Assembly (NCBI GenBank): GCA_964016885.1
Contig: OZ024743.1
Coordinates: forward strand, 366,916,001-366,980,000
Length of the DNA: 64,000 nucleotides
Direction: 5' to 3'
Origin: Eledone cirrhosa
Taxonomy: Eukaryota
This document shows positions 45,180 through 58,100 of this stretch, in pieces. Under the pieces are notes generated by a model. The model had not been told where the DNA came from and did not search any database. It saw only the letters and a list, made by a program, of their open reading frames with translations. The position numbers and the translations under genes were made by a program. The first letter of the stretch is position 1. Each line of letters opens with the position of its first letter.

Positions 45180-45960
45180 CAAGGCCATCTTTTTTGCTAA
45201 AACAGAGGTTAGCCTTGCCATTTATCTGCATCCTTCATTCCCTTAGCCATTTCTTTTTTATCCTCTTCCTCTACTTTCTGCCACATTTATTTCCATCACT
45301 CCATCACTTTCATCCTTCCTCAACACATGACCCAACGAATTTATTCCATTTCTCTTCACATTCATCACTGAATCTATTCCCACTAATGATTCTCCATTCT
45401 TTCCAGTTTTCTCTACTGCTCCACTTTCATCACTCATATCTCACTCCTGTAAATCATGGTACTTCTGATATAGGCAGCAATTACCTTTCCTTCCAGTTTC
45501 AGTGCATCTCACTCTAGATACTCTCAGTCTGATCCACCTTCTCCATTCAACATATCTCCAAGGTAACAAAACATTTTCACACCTTCCATCTTAACTCCTT
45601 TCCTAAGATCAGACTCATTACACTCTCCATCTGTGGCTTCCTCTATGCACACTTTACACTTAAATTAAGCTGCCACATTATATAATAATCCCTTCACACT
45701 ACATTTTTTAAAGTAACCACCCAGTGTATATCATAAATTTAATATAGTTCATTCCAACACCCTTCCTACACATTGCACATGGCCATCTTCCTGTTCTTGC
45801 CATTTCATCAAATGCTATTTAATTTCTTTTGAACACAGGAAGCAGTTCAATGACTTTCTGCCTGACTGATTACAGCAGCATCTTTTATGCTGCAATCAGT
45901 TGGTATTCTTTTCATACATTTTCTGTAGAAGGTCAATCCTTGATTAAGTGATACAAACCA
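45180..45960 (-). mobile_element. Old, highly degenerate RTE-like LINE 3' fragment
   Basis: Minus strand contains GGTCATGTGTTGAGGAAGGATGAA (GHVLRKDE) and AGAGGAAGAGGA (RGRG), resembling RTE ORF2 C-terminal motifs. Confidence 0.45.
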
Positions 45961-46487
45961 CTATTAAAGGAAAACCAGGAAGAGTTAGCATTTTGTAACA
46001 AGAGCATATGTAAAATGCCAATATATATGCAGCACAACTTTCTCTCAGCTTTGTGTTATCCCTCAGTCATCTAAAGTACCTTGATGTGCTGCCATAGTTG
46101 AAGCATGTTGAAGATTGTTCTATGCATTACAGGAAAACATGAAGTTGCCAGCCAGGACCAATCATCATCAACAATTGATTATTTTAGGAGGAGGGTAGAC
46201 TCCCTTCCATCATTACTAACCATGAGGTTACACTTGGAAAGTTCATCTCCAGGCCATTGGGCAAGATGTTTTGGAGAAAACCAGCAATTACTCATGTAAA
46301 TATTACACTTGTTCTACTTAGTGTCATTCTCATTTAAGTGTTTTACAGTTGTTCCAGTTACAATACCATTTTTTATGTTGTTTGCAATTGCTCTGGTTAC
46401 TATCCTCTGGTTCACAGCTGTAACTCTCCTCATTGCAGCTCACAATACTCTGATTAGAATTTCATTCTCTTCTATATTATTATATAT

Positions 46488-46680
46488 TTGGTGGATTGGC
46501 AGTATTGGTAGAGGGTCGGACGCCATGTTTTGCAGCATAGTTACGTCCCTTTACAGTCTGAGTTCAAATCCCGCCAATGTTAACATTGCCTTTCATGCTT
46601 ACAGGGTCAATAAAATAAAACACAAGTAATGCACTGGGGTAATTGCTGGCCTTGTGCCAAAAGTAGAAACAATAATTATA
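46488..46680 (+). mobile_element. tRNA-derived SINE (second family; related copies at 61825-62035, ~37860-37970, ~47800-47910 minus)
   Basis: TGGCAGTATTGGTAGAG A-box region and CTGAGTTCAAATCCCGCC B-box, then TTGCCTTTCAT...GGGTCAATAAAATAA...GCACTGGGGT. Confidence 0.7.
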
Positions 46681-48189
46681 TATTTGGTTATCCTAGAGCA
46701 TCTTGTCATTTAACCAGGCCTATAATCCTGTTCTGGTACCTCTTACAATTAGAAGTCACCTGTCCCCTCATAGAAGAGTAGACTTCATAGAACATTATTC
46801 AGCAATACAGTCTGAAACATAACCTCATTTTTTAGCTTTACAACTATTCAAATCTTAGTCCATTTGTATGTGTCATGTAGGTGATTAAATCAAAAGCAGG
46901 GAGACAGGTTTTTAATTAGTCGTCAACTGTCAAATATTGTTTGAATTCCTTGATTCATTTCTCCTGTCTTCAAAAAGGGACAGAGAGATCATGTTACAGT
47001 AGTAAGACAGAAAGAGGTTAAATCTTACTAAGACAAACTTTTAGATGTCAACAAACATTAGTAGTATATTTAATTCCCTAATAAATCTATTTTCATGTTA
47101 ACAACAGAAAAAAATAAGGGTTGGAGTCAGGAAGGGCATCTGGTTAAAGAATATTATTCCCACAAAATCTTATTCAACATATGCCAGTATGGAAAAGCAC
47201 ATGTAAAAATGATGATAGGGATCTCAAAACATTACACTATATTCTACAGTTATACTATAAATAAAGGTAGAATGGGTATGATGTTAAGGTATTAAAGTAT
47301 TGAAATTCAACTTCATTACATTGTTGTTTAAACCCAGCTCAACCCTGATCTAGTAAAGGTGTTCTGTCATGGCCATACTTTTATGACAGTGTGGTCTAGT
47401 TTAAGGGAAATTTCACTGTTATTTCTAGCAGGCAAAAGAAAAGAGATTGAGTAGGTTTACAACAATATTTCGCTTTTAGTTCAATGTTGAATCAACTAAA
47501 TATGTCACTCAAAAATCTATTTCAATTTACTGAATCTTCAGTTGCATGCACCCTTCACCCTAAAGAATGGTTGAAGCCACAGCTTGGGTTACCTAACTGA
47601 AAACAGTTCCACATTAACAACTATTCTACATAAGTTAGTATTTAGTTATAAACAAGTTAGTTTCTAGTCAAACGGTTTGAAATATTAAACTCTTTTGCAA
47701 TTTCTACCTTAATCTAAACTAAGCATAATTTATCACTTTAATGTATATTTTTTGCTGGCTTCAGCAAATGATTGTGGCTATGCTGGGATGCAACCTTCAA
47801 GGATATAATTGATTATATCAACTCAAGCACTTGAAGATTGGTATATATTTTATCAACCCTGGCAGGGTGGAAAGTAAAGTTGACCTAGGCAGCATTTAAA
47901 CACAGAACATCAAAATTATTTGAAAATTATATTTGAGAACACAAAGGGATGTGACCAAATACCACACACTATTTTTTCCAACACTCCACTGATTCTGCCC
48001 ATCCACCATAATGATGATGATCATCATCATTTAAAGTCTATTTTCCCTGATTGTAAGGGTTTGTCAGGTTATCACAGAATAAGTCAATTGTTTGTGTCAC
48101 TGATCTCTCAGACAAGCTAGAAGGTACATTTTGCTTTCGTATTTCCATACTCTACAGCGTGTATCGGGAGGGTTTTATTGTGGTACCAA

Positions 48190-48800
48190 GGTCTACATGG
48201 TTTGTTCTGCCGCCTGAATGCTGGTCATTTCGCTCGCTACACCGATCATCAAATGAGTCCTGGCTTCGGTAACTATCCCCTTAGTTCTGCAGCTGGTGGG
48301 GTTATCCAGAAGTGATGGGAAGAGACCAAACGGCCTTACCCTTTGTCCCTGGGTAAGAGGTAGGTGTCTAATCTGGGACATCACAGTCAGTGTCTCTTTT
48401 GCTCCCTCCCACATCATGGACGCCACAATAAACGTGAGGGTCACTGCTTCCATTGCCGAATGGAATAAAATTCAGAAATACCTGGATTTATCAAGTAATT
48501 ATTTTTTCCAGCTTGTGATGTTCGAGATGTTTGGAGTTGGGCTGTTGCCATCACCCGTGGCAATATTGCGAGTGTATTGCCTTGACTCGAAGTGTTTAGT
48601 TAACCCTTATGTGATGTGTGGCTGATTGTTGCACTTGGTGGTGAATTGATGGTTGTTTTTGTTTTAGCTCCCCTCCCTTTTGTTTATCAACAAGATTATA
48701 TTTGTAATGTTCTTCTGAACGAATTGCAAGCAATTTATAATGTTATTTATGTATACATTTAAAACATATTTGTAATGTTATTTATACAACTGTGAATTCT
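48190..48800 (+). mobile_element. CRE-like non-LTR retrotransposon 3' fragment (restriction-like endonuclease domain plus 3' UTR)
   Basis: ORF 48296-48625 [50 protein letters not shown] shows the RLE-type PD-(D/E)xK motif of CRE-clade elements. Confidence 0.75.
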
Positions 48801-48974
48801 ATTAATATAAACACATTGAAAATGAGGGGACATCAACATTCTATCTATCTCTCTTATAAGCTCATGAAATATTTAAAGTGAAAAGTATATTGTAAACCTC
48901 TCAATATAACTAAATACTAAGACATTAACTAAGCCTGGGATCACTTTGATTTATGAATTTACTTAGATTAGGCA

Positions 48975-49180
48975 GTGTGTTGCATCTTTGAGCAAGATAC
49001 TTCATTTCACATTGCTTCAGTTGACTCAGCTGAAAAGGAGTCCAGTAACAAGTGGGAGATAACCTTGTGATGGACTGGCATCCTGGTCAATGGGGAGTCT
49101 TGAACCCTCAATTGCTTAAAGCTTTGGATCAGATTATGCTATGATCTAATGAGCCTCTGGACTCGGGGAAAGACTTTAAA
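48975..49180 (+). mobile_element. SINE body (same family as 38305-38490)
   Basis: CTTTGAGCAAGATACTTCATTTCAC...ACTCAGCTGAAAA...GTGATGGACTGGCATCCTG. Confidence 0.65.
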
Positions 49181-49449
49181 CTTAGCATTTTTATTTGAGC
49201 CCCAAAAATAAGATTTTTCTAATTTATTCAAAATACATAGTTGGAATTATGGGCAAATATCCAAACAAGATATTCCTTTATTGGGACTTTGGTACTTATT
49301 TTATCAATATATATTTATGAAAGGGCTAAGTTCTCCTAAGCAATCTAACTCTATGGACTCAATACCACAGGTATCTTTGCTGCACTGATTTATTAGTCAA
49401 CACATCGTGGTTAGATACAAAAACAAGATGACAGACATCTGCACAGTTC

Positions 49450-49920
49450 ATTATCATCATCATTGTTTAATGTTCATTTTTCCACACTAGCATAGGTTAG
49501 ACGAGTTGTCCTTTTGAGACAAGTCAGGTCAGATGACCATGTCTTGCTCATACAGAACTGTTTCTGGCTAGATGCCCTTCCTAATGTCAACCACATACTA
49601 GTGTGAACTGGGTGCTTTTTTTATTGTGGCACCAAAACAACCACATGAAAGCATGGACTGGGTGCTTTTTCTCATGTCACCAACACGACCACTTTACAGT
49701 GTGCAGCAGGTGCTTTTTGTCATGTAGGGATTGGAGAGATAGAACAAGGGAGGTGCCTCAGAGGTAGAAAGTGGGAGTAGGGGTTGTTCTAGTGTGGGAT
49801 ACTTAGCTCATGAAAGGTGGAGTGTTATGATGTGCGTGTGTTTGGAAGGGGTGGGAGAAGTGGTTCATGGGATGAAGCAACATTGCTCCACCCCATGCAC
49901 ATGGGAAGGCAGGTCTTTTG
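49450..49920 (-). mobile_element. RTE 3' UTR with internal tandem repeats and (GAT)n tail
   Basis: Plus strand ATCATCATCATTGTTTAATGTTCATTTTTCCACACTAGCATAGG...GATGCCCTTCCTAATGTCAACCAC...three GGTGCTTTTT units; the reverse complement of the 35.6-35.9 kb family. Confidence 0.75.
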
Positions 49921-50496
49921 CAGTACTGTATGGAAGGAGAAGGGAGGAAATGGTGCGTACTAGAAACCACTAGATGTTGCTTCATCCTGTGCACATGGGA
50001 AGGTGGCTCTTCTGCAGTACTGCACATTCCACTTATAAGATGTTGGTAAACCTGATATTTATATAAGACCCTCATCCAAAGTGTTGCACAGTGGTTATAG
50101 AATCAGGAACCTTATGGTTGCAAAGTGAACTTAACTACAAAGCTTTACTTGTATATTTACTGGCTCACATTTGAGTCCAAACCACATTGAAGTGGAATTT
50201 GTCTTCTATTTTCTGAAGGGTGGTGGTCACTAATTAGCACTTATAGAATGTTAGTGCTAATAACATTTTTTTTTAGGGTTGAACTGCAAACATTCATTAA
50301 TGCTTACAAAAATAAGGGCTTGTGCCCAAATAATGATTTTTCAATGTCATCTGTCTATATCTTATTTCATCATCATCCTCAACATTATTCAATGTCTGTT
50401 TTCCCCCAACTGGTACCAATTAAGTCATTTAACTGGTGTTACTGACTTCTCAGATGGGGTTTTCCATGCTATCATGGGTTGGATGATCATTTTTGA

Positions 50497-50612
50497 GACG
50501 TGTAGCTTAGTGGTTAGAGAATTAAGATTCGCAATTGTGAGGTTGTGAGTTTGATTCCAAGACGGGGCGATGTGTTATGTCCTTGAGCAAGACACTATTT
50601 CACGTTGCTCCT
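50497..50612 (+). mobile_element. tRNA-derived SINE head
   Basis: GTGTAGCTTAGTGGTTAGAG (A box) and GTGAGTTTGATTCC (B box), followed by TGTCCTTGAGCAAGACACTATTTCACGTTGCTCC. Confidence 0.7.
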
Positions 50613-51062
50613 CGTCTGGATTTGCGACCAGTAAATAGTATTAGCAATTGGAAAGACCAATGGAAACATTGTTTCCTCGGTCCGATTTGACAAGCTCCAC
50701 CTCACTCGTTAAGCGAATGAGGTCTGGGATCTTGTCAATTAACTGTTTATTTTATAGCTGAATGTCCTTCCTGACACCAACCACCTTTTTTACAAGTACT
50801 GATCTTCACACGTCAAACTGTTGAGTTGCAGGACATAAACAAATATCCCACTAGACATGTCAAATGTATAGTGAAGACACAGAAACAAACACACACACAA
50901 TAGGCTTCATACAGATTCCGTCAACCAATTTTACTTACAAAGCATTGGTTGGCCTGAGGTTATGGTAGAAGACATTTGTTCAAAGTGCTTTAATATTAAT
51001 TTTATCAAATGACTAATAATACAAAACTAAGTTTGTTATATACGGTATGTTATGCACATAAC

Positions 51063-51234
51063 TTAACCCTTTAGAATTTAAACTGGTTGTAACTGGCCAC
51101 TCACACTGATGTTAGGGCATTATTCTCAAAATAAATAATATCAAAATCTCATAGATTCGATATTATGTGAGATAAAGCCTTTACTGTGAAAATACAATAG
51201 TAAATATAGAGTAATATAAATGCTAAATGGTTAA
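51063..51234. mobile_element. piggyBac-type MITE
   Basis: TTAA-CCCTTTAGAATTTA ... TAAATGCTAAATGG-TTAA: TTAA target duplication and 14-bp TIRs with 2 mismatches. Confidence 0.7.
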
Positions 51235-51399
51235 GAACACATTTGAAAGGAATAGATTTTAAAAAAATAATTAGAGATTTAGAAAAGGTTCAGAGACAGT
51301 TAAAGAAACCAACTACTGATATGCACTCAAAGTGAGGTCCTAACTACAATAACAGTTTTGTAGATTTATACATTAAGAAGCACATGTCAACAACAATAT

Positions 51400-51405
51400 T
51401 TTATT
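51400..51405 (-). promoter_or_regulatory. Candidate SUCLA2 polyadenylation signal (AATAAA)
   Basis: Minus-strand AATAAA ~700 nt after the stop codon, followed by GT-rich TTGTTGTTGACATGTGCTTC. A more proximal AATAAA lies near 52030. Confidence 0.35.
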
Positions 51406-52097
51406 GCATTATATAAATAATGAAATATTTTCTGAATCCAAAGTATTTTTGAGGTATGAACAGGATAATTATTCAGAACTAAGGTTAGTTAAAAAGCATA
51501 ATAAATACAACACATTTAAGATACTGATTTTCTTTTTCAAATACATCATTTTAGTAATATCAGTACAAAATAATATGGAAATGTATTTTCCCCAACACTC
51601 GACAAGGAACAAATACACAATGTAATAACAGATATGCTCTAGTATTTCCCAATGTATTTTTTTTAAAGAAGGCTGTTTTTAATGGCAATTAAAATTATTG
51701 CGAACTTTGTATATTATTGCTGTAGCAACAATTTTTCTTTGTTGTCATTTAACAAAAAAATATATCAATGTATATATTCTGAATGTATACTCTATGTTTG
51801 TATGTGTGTACATAAATCCTTATTGCCTTGGTCAAATAAAATCCAATGAGATATTTGGATTTTAAGAGATAAAAAATTTCAATATTGGTAGTACATCTAT
51901 GGAAGTGTATTGCTAATTAATAGCAACTATTGAGTAGTCCAGGTATATGGAGGGTTATATAGATAATCCATTGTATTAGTTTCAGAAATTGATAGGAGCT
52001 GGTGGATTGAGAATCAACTCCTTGACTTTATTTATTAATATCTATAAAGCAAAGACATGTTTGGTTGAAATGGGAAAAATTACAAACAAAATAATTT

Positions 52098-52172
52098 TCA
52101 CAATGGTAATTCAAATTTCACATCAACAAAAGCTTCTCGGGCTAGACCAACAATGGTTGACAGTCTTACAAT
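52098..52172 (-). CDS. SUCLA2: SUCLA2 terminal coding exon [24 protein letters not shown]
   Basis: ttttcag|ATTGTAAGA acceptor; TGA at 52100-52098. Confidence 0.92.
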   Translation of the reverse strand: MVRLSTIVGLAREAFVDVKFELPL

Positions 52173-55100
52173 CTGAAAATAAATAAAAAAGTAAACATTG
52201 AAATATGAAAGTATCTCTAACATTACTCAAGTTTTTTTTAAAGATTTGTAAGTATAAACAATTTTTAGTCACAGTTGTATAGCTAACATTACAATTTTAA
52301 TGTTAATAAACACAAATATAAACACATAACAAATACAATTAACCATTGCTAAGAACTTCACAAAATCAACGCACCAAAATATATGAGGGAGAGAAAGAAA
52401 AAAGAAAATAAGGGGAATCAAAAACTAAAACGACCATCAATTCACCACCAAGTGTGACAGTTGGTCGCACATCACAAGGGTCAACGGAATATTTTGAGGC
52501 AAGCCAATATGCTCGCAGATTTACCACGGGTGATGGCAATGCTAAGCCGCTGAAACAACCAGACACCCTCATGAGTATCCCCCGACACCTAAGTAAGGTG
52601 AGCCACCAGCGATGACAAGAACTTCACTGTCAGCAGCCCAAGTCCACCAAACGTCTCAAACGACACAGGTTGGAAAAAATAATTATTAGATAAATCCAGG
52701 TATTTCTGAATTTTATTCCATTCGGCAACAGAATCAGTGACCGCCCACATTTATCACGGAATCCAAGATGTGGGAGGGAGAAAAAGAGTCAGTGACTGTG
52801 GCATCTCAGATGAGACACGTACCTCTGACCCAGTGACAAATGGTAAGGCCCTCTCATCTCTTTCCATCACTTCTGGATAATCCAGCCAGCTCCAGAACTG
52901 AGGGGATATTTACCCGAGCTAGAGCCTGCTTAATGATTAAGTTTAGCTCAGTGTGGTGGGTGAAATGACCAGCATTTAGGCAGTAGGACAAACCATGTAG
53001 GCCCGTGGAATTCAGGGACAACCAGTGGCATCCTAGACGCCTACAGACATCGGCTTCCACACGAAGTGCAATGGGGATACACTAAAGAGGAGCAAGCGTG
53101 GATGGAGGAAAGACAAAGATGAGCATTTGCGCTGACCGAGACCTCCAAACCATTTGGGCAAGGCAGCCTGGTCACGGGACTCTGGAGAGAGTTGGACATT
53201 GACCAGACCCTCAAGCTTACAGAATTTGTAAAAGGAACCAACTCTGAGGAAATTCAACTTAGAGATTGACAAATAATTCCTTAGTATAAAAAAACCATGA
53301 TGAGGCTCAATGACTTCGAGGTTTTTGAAATTTAGAATATATACTGAAATATCAAGGTAATGTTAATTTATTGATTTATGGTATTCTAAATACAAAATTC
53401 TTTTCACTGTCTTATAAACCAATTTTTAAATAAAATATCTCTGAATTAAATAGGTATTAGCTTTGAAAGCTCAAAAAATAACATTCATCAGTTTCAGGAA
53501 ACAATATCATTTTATGTCCACTTTTCCCTGCTTGCAAGAGTGGGACGGGAACCGATTCTGGCTTGATTTCTACAGCTAGATGCCCTTCCTAACACCAACC
53601 TCATTTACAGTGAGTGCTGGGTGCTTTATTGCCGTGGCACCTCCACGACCACTTTGCAGTGGAATGATATGGACCCCAGTCCCTATCATCTCATTTCTAC
53701 AGCTGAGTAAACTGGAGCAATGTGAAATAAAGTGTCTTGCTCAAGGAAACAACACATCACCCTGTCTAAGAATTGAACTCACAACCTTTCGATTGCAAGA
53801 CCAATGCTCTAACCACTAAGCCATGTGCCTCCATAGAAAAAATAATCATCATCATTGTTTTACATTTGCTTCTCTTTGTTTGCATGGGTCTTTGCCAGCA
53901 CAGAATCCTTCCACTTGTTGCAGTCTGTTGTCATCTCCACTGTGAGTTTCAGCAATTTCATATCAGTTCCCACAACCTGCCCAGATCTTTCTTGACCTTC
54001 CTCTACTGTAGCTTCTTTCCACTGAGGTTTCTTGGCACTTCTTCACCCAATGATCATTGTCCATACCACTGCAGTCTTTTCTCCTGCATACTACATCTGA
54101 TTCCTCTTATACCCAGTTTTTCTCTCAATTCATCCATACTTTGTCATCCATGTAATATATATATAAATCCAAAATACAGACATATTCACACACACACACA
54201 CAGAGACTTGCTCACCCACACTCACTCACAACCATACACACTGCACATGTACACACGCACATTCATTTATGTATATGTGCGGTCATAGAGGGGATGTGGG
54301 GCAATGGGATACAGGCAAAAGGTCTGTAGTTGGTGAAAACCAAAACCACACCTCAGCAACCCTCTCCACCACAACAACAGCCATGTTGACTGGCCTTCGG
54401 TCAAATACCATTTATCTTTTTATTACCGTGTTGAGTTGGCCAAAGCCAACACCACCAGCAACAACCACATCAACACATATACAACAGAATAAAATATTTG
54501 ATAATAACAATGGTGATGGAGTTGGGGTAAGCCTCATACTTCTACAATAACTTGTTTCTGTGACAGCAAATAAAAATACATTGTAATTTATTATATTGAG
54601 TACAAAGACAGCAATGTCTTTTTCATTTGAAATAATATTTTTTTCTCAGTGTTCCTTAACGAAAGATTCATTATCACCATTTTAAGCCTGCTTTTCCATA
54701 CTTGTATGGGTTGGACAGGTCTTCGTCACCATAGCAATTTGCTATTTGTTGTAGTCCTCTGTCATCTTTTTGAGGTTCAAGCCTTTTGAGATTACTTTTA
54801 TCACTTTTTCCCATGTCTTTCAGTTCTGTATGACATCTGTAGAGTGTTTAGCATATTTTACCCAATTCTCATTCTCCATATGTATCACATGTCCATAAAA
54901 ATAAAGGCTTCATTTTTGCAGACTACATCTAATTCCTCTAATAACCTGTCTTCTTCTCAGTTCATTTGTGCTATGTCACTCTTGCACATCCTCTGCATTA
55001 GGTGTCCATGATTCACTTTCACAAAACATCACACTTTGTCTACAGGCATCATACAGTAGAGAGATTTTCTTTTTGGAAGCAAAGATAATAAGTTCACCAA

Positions 55101-58100
55101 GTGTTTTCTGCCCAGTTTTTACTCTAGCTACTATGATTTTAGAACATGCTTACTAAATAAACTAAATACACCATTGGAACATTTCAAGCATCTGAAAGAA
55201 TTTATTTTATGAGTGCTCTTATTACTAACTATATTTGTACATCTGTTAAGTTTAATTATATATAACAATTTTTAAAACATCAACTGACCATTTTAGCAGC
55301 TTCATCCAAGTTATCACAAGACAAAATTTTCAAGTTACTTGAAGCAATCAAAGCTTTGGCATCTTCTACCCTTGTTCCTGAAAAATCAAATTGTATCACT
55401 TAACACATTAATACATACTATTTCCATACACATTAATATACAAATTAAACTGTAATATCATCACACTGTTTTAGTATCCATGCTGGTGTGAATTAAGTAG
55501 GTTCATTGGATAGCATATTGCCAAGCACCTGTCTTTTGTTATGTCATCTGTGACACTCAACATACCAATATCTAAACTCAACACATTCTCTTCTTTTACA
55601 GGTACCTTGTACTGAAAGCATAAAGCACTTTTCCTCCTGATACTTACCTGACATACACACCACGTCCATACTAGCACAATCATCTTTCCTATATGTTTTA
55701 GATGATACCTTCAATATACTTTCAGCTCATTTCTGCTTCACCTTACACAACCAAGTGCTTACTTCATTTTCCCCCTGCTTCCACATTCAATACTCCATGT
55801 CTTACTAAGTATCATGTAGTAATATCATACTTTTGACACACATTTCATACTGTCTACATTTCACCTGAGATAAACCCACCAACAAAATCATTTTAATTGA
55901 ATGTAATTATACATAAAACATTAAAATAGGTAATGATCTTACCTTGTAGCCTAACTACGATAGGAATGCGGAGTTGCAGCTCTGCAGCTGCCGCTATGAT
56001 ACCTTGAGCAATAACATCACATCGCATGATGCCACCAAATATATTCACCAAAATAGCTTGAACCTATAAAAATATAAAAAGTACCAAAACAATTTTTTTT
56101 TAATTCTTATTTTTTCAGTCTGTTTTTAAAATTTGTCAAGCAATAAATTTTTACTTCAAACAATTTACAATTTTTTAAACCTTAATATAGAATTCCAGAC
56201 ATTGATACATGACTCAGGTGGTACATCTAAAGTTTATAGCGTATTTATAAGAATGTGAAAGCAGTTTTTTATGACCCTTTTACATAAGACAATAATAGGA
56301 GATTTTACAGATAACTGAATGAAGCTTTTCAGCTGAGAAATGAACAAAAGAGTCTAATTTGTTGTGAGAAATATTCTCCACAAATTTTGATAAATACAGA
56401 TAAGTCTTTCAAAATGTAGGTCAAACAAATTTAGTATGATAAGAAAATTACTAGATGATAAATCGGGTGTTTAGATTCTGATTTTTATGAATTACTCAAA
56501 AAAGAAGCCAAAATCTGAATAAAAATATAGAATCAAAGAATTAAGATTTCAATTAAGTTTTTAGAATGTATAATTACGTTTTCTCTATACGGAAAGTTAT
56601 ATAATTAGTAGTACACTGTCAGCACTTCATCAACAATCTACAAATATGGCTCACTGCTGATCTGTATCTTCTCCCTGTCTATCACAACATCACAAGCCAA
56701 TGAAGGTGCATCTATGTGTCACTTAAACTGCTAGAAATAACAGCAAAGTCTTCCTCAAATCATATCATATCTTCTTATAAATAGAAAGACATATTGGGTA
56801 ATGTAGTCTATGATACATTATGTTTGAAAATAAAAAAAAAAGATATGATAATCATGGTTAGAATGCCTTTCATCATAGTTCTGTGTGATCAAGACTTGAT
56901 CCGGAATTAAATGACAATAGCTGCTTTTTTACCATCCATCTAAAGACCCTGGTGCACCTTTCTGTTTTGTATTCATCCCATCTAATTCTAAACACTTTTC
57001 TCAATCTTTATTTACCAAAACTGAATCCCACTGAAACTCATATTCTACCCTTGTTTTCGCTGCCATCCACTAACCTGCAATAATTGGAACTGAATATTAG
57101 TTACATTAACCTTACCTAATAATCTCTGTCTTCAGTTTAAGAGAGCCTTAAACAAGTTTAGGTATAGTTTAACTAAAATATAGTATAGTATATTATTTTT
57201 ACCATTATAAAAAAGATCAAGAAAAAGTACTTCAATAAAAAGTCGTAAATTCATTCGCCCACTTAATCCTGGGAAGGTCGTGGGAGAAGAATTCTCAAAC
57301 ACTCCATCTGTCTAGCAATGTTTTCCTGAGACATTCTAATCACATGACCATAGTATTGGAGCTGTGATCTCTCAATTCGGAGAAGTAGCAGTTCTACCTG
57401 GAGTGACTGATCTCCGAGCTACGCACTTTCGAGTAACATTACTCCAAAGACCCTCAGGAGGAACTCCCATTTTGGCTGTTTGTATTAGTGATCATACTTT
57501 TTGGATGAATAAGCAACCCCAGACCAACAGCAGTAAACTAATAGGGGAGATGGAGCCATGGGTGACACCTGTAGCTCCCAAGAAAACTCTCACAACCCAA
57601 TAATGTAGCTATGATAAGGCGAGTAAAGGCTACCTCTAGAAACGCCTAGTCTTCGCGGGTTCGACAAAGTACCAGATTGGTGACTGGCGCGAATAAGACC
57701 ACTGAAACTGAAATTACAATATGACAAGGAAACCATAAACAAAGAAGAACCATACCGCTACATCCTTCGCGCGGAATAACAAAGGACACGTTCAGGCCTT
57801 TGGTAGAGGAGCCTGTTTGAAAAATATACTGTAGTCTCCATCTCATGCTGCAAAAACTAGCAATATGCCTAGAAATGACTGCACAGGTGGGAGTGGGGAT
57901 ATTCACAAGTCCCCAGCTGGATAAGGAAATCAGGACCAGGTATTCAGAGAACTCCCTGAGCAAAATGAGGATGTTTGACTGATTGGAGATTGTTCAGCAC
58001 AGCAGTTTCTACTTCAGCTGTTACATGCTGTCCTCAAAAGAGGCTTGGTTGGGCACCAGATGGGAGGAAGACTCCTTGGTTCAATCAAGAGGCCGAAAAT

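Noticed and set aside
50497-50575. Possible tRNA gene (also 53760-53833 and 38430-38490)
   Set aside because: A/B boxes are present but the cloverleaf is degenerate and continues into a shared SINE body, so these are SINE heads.
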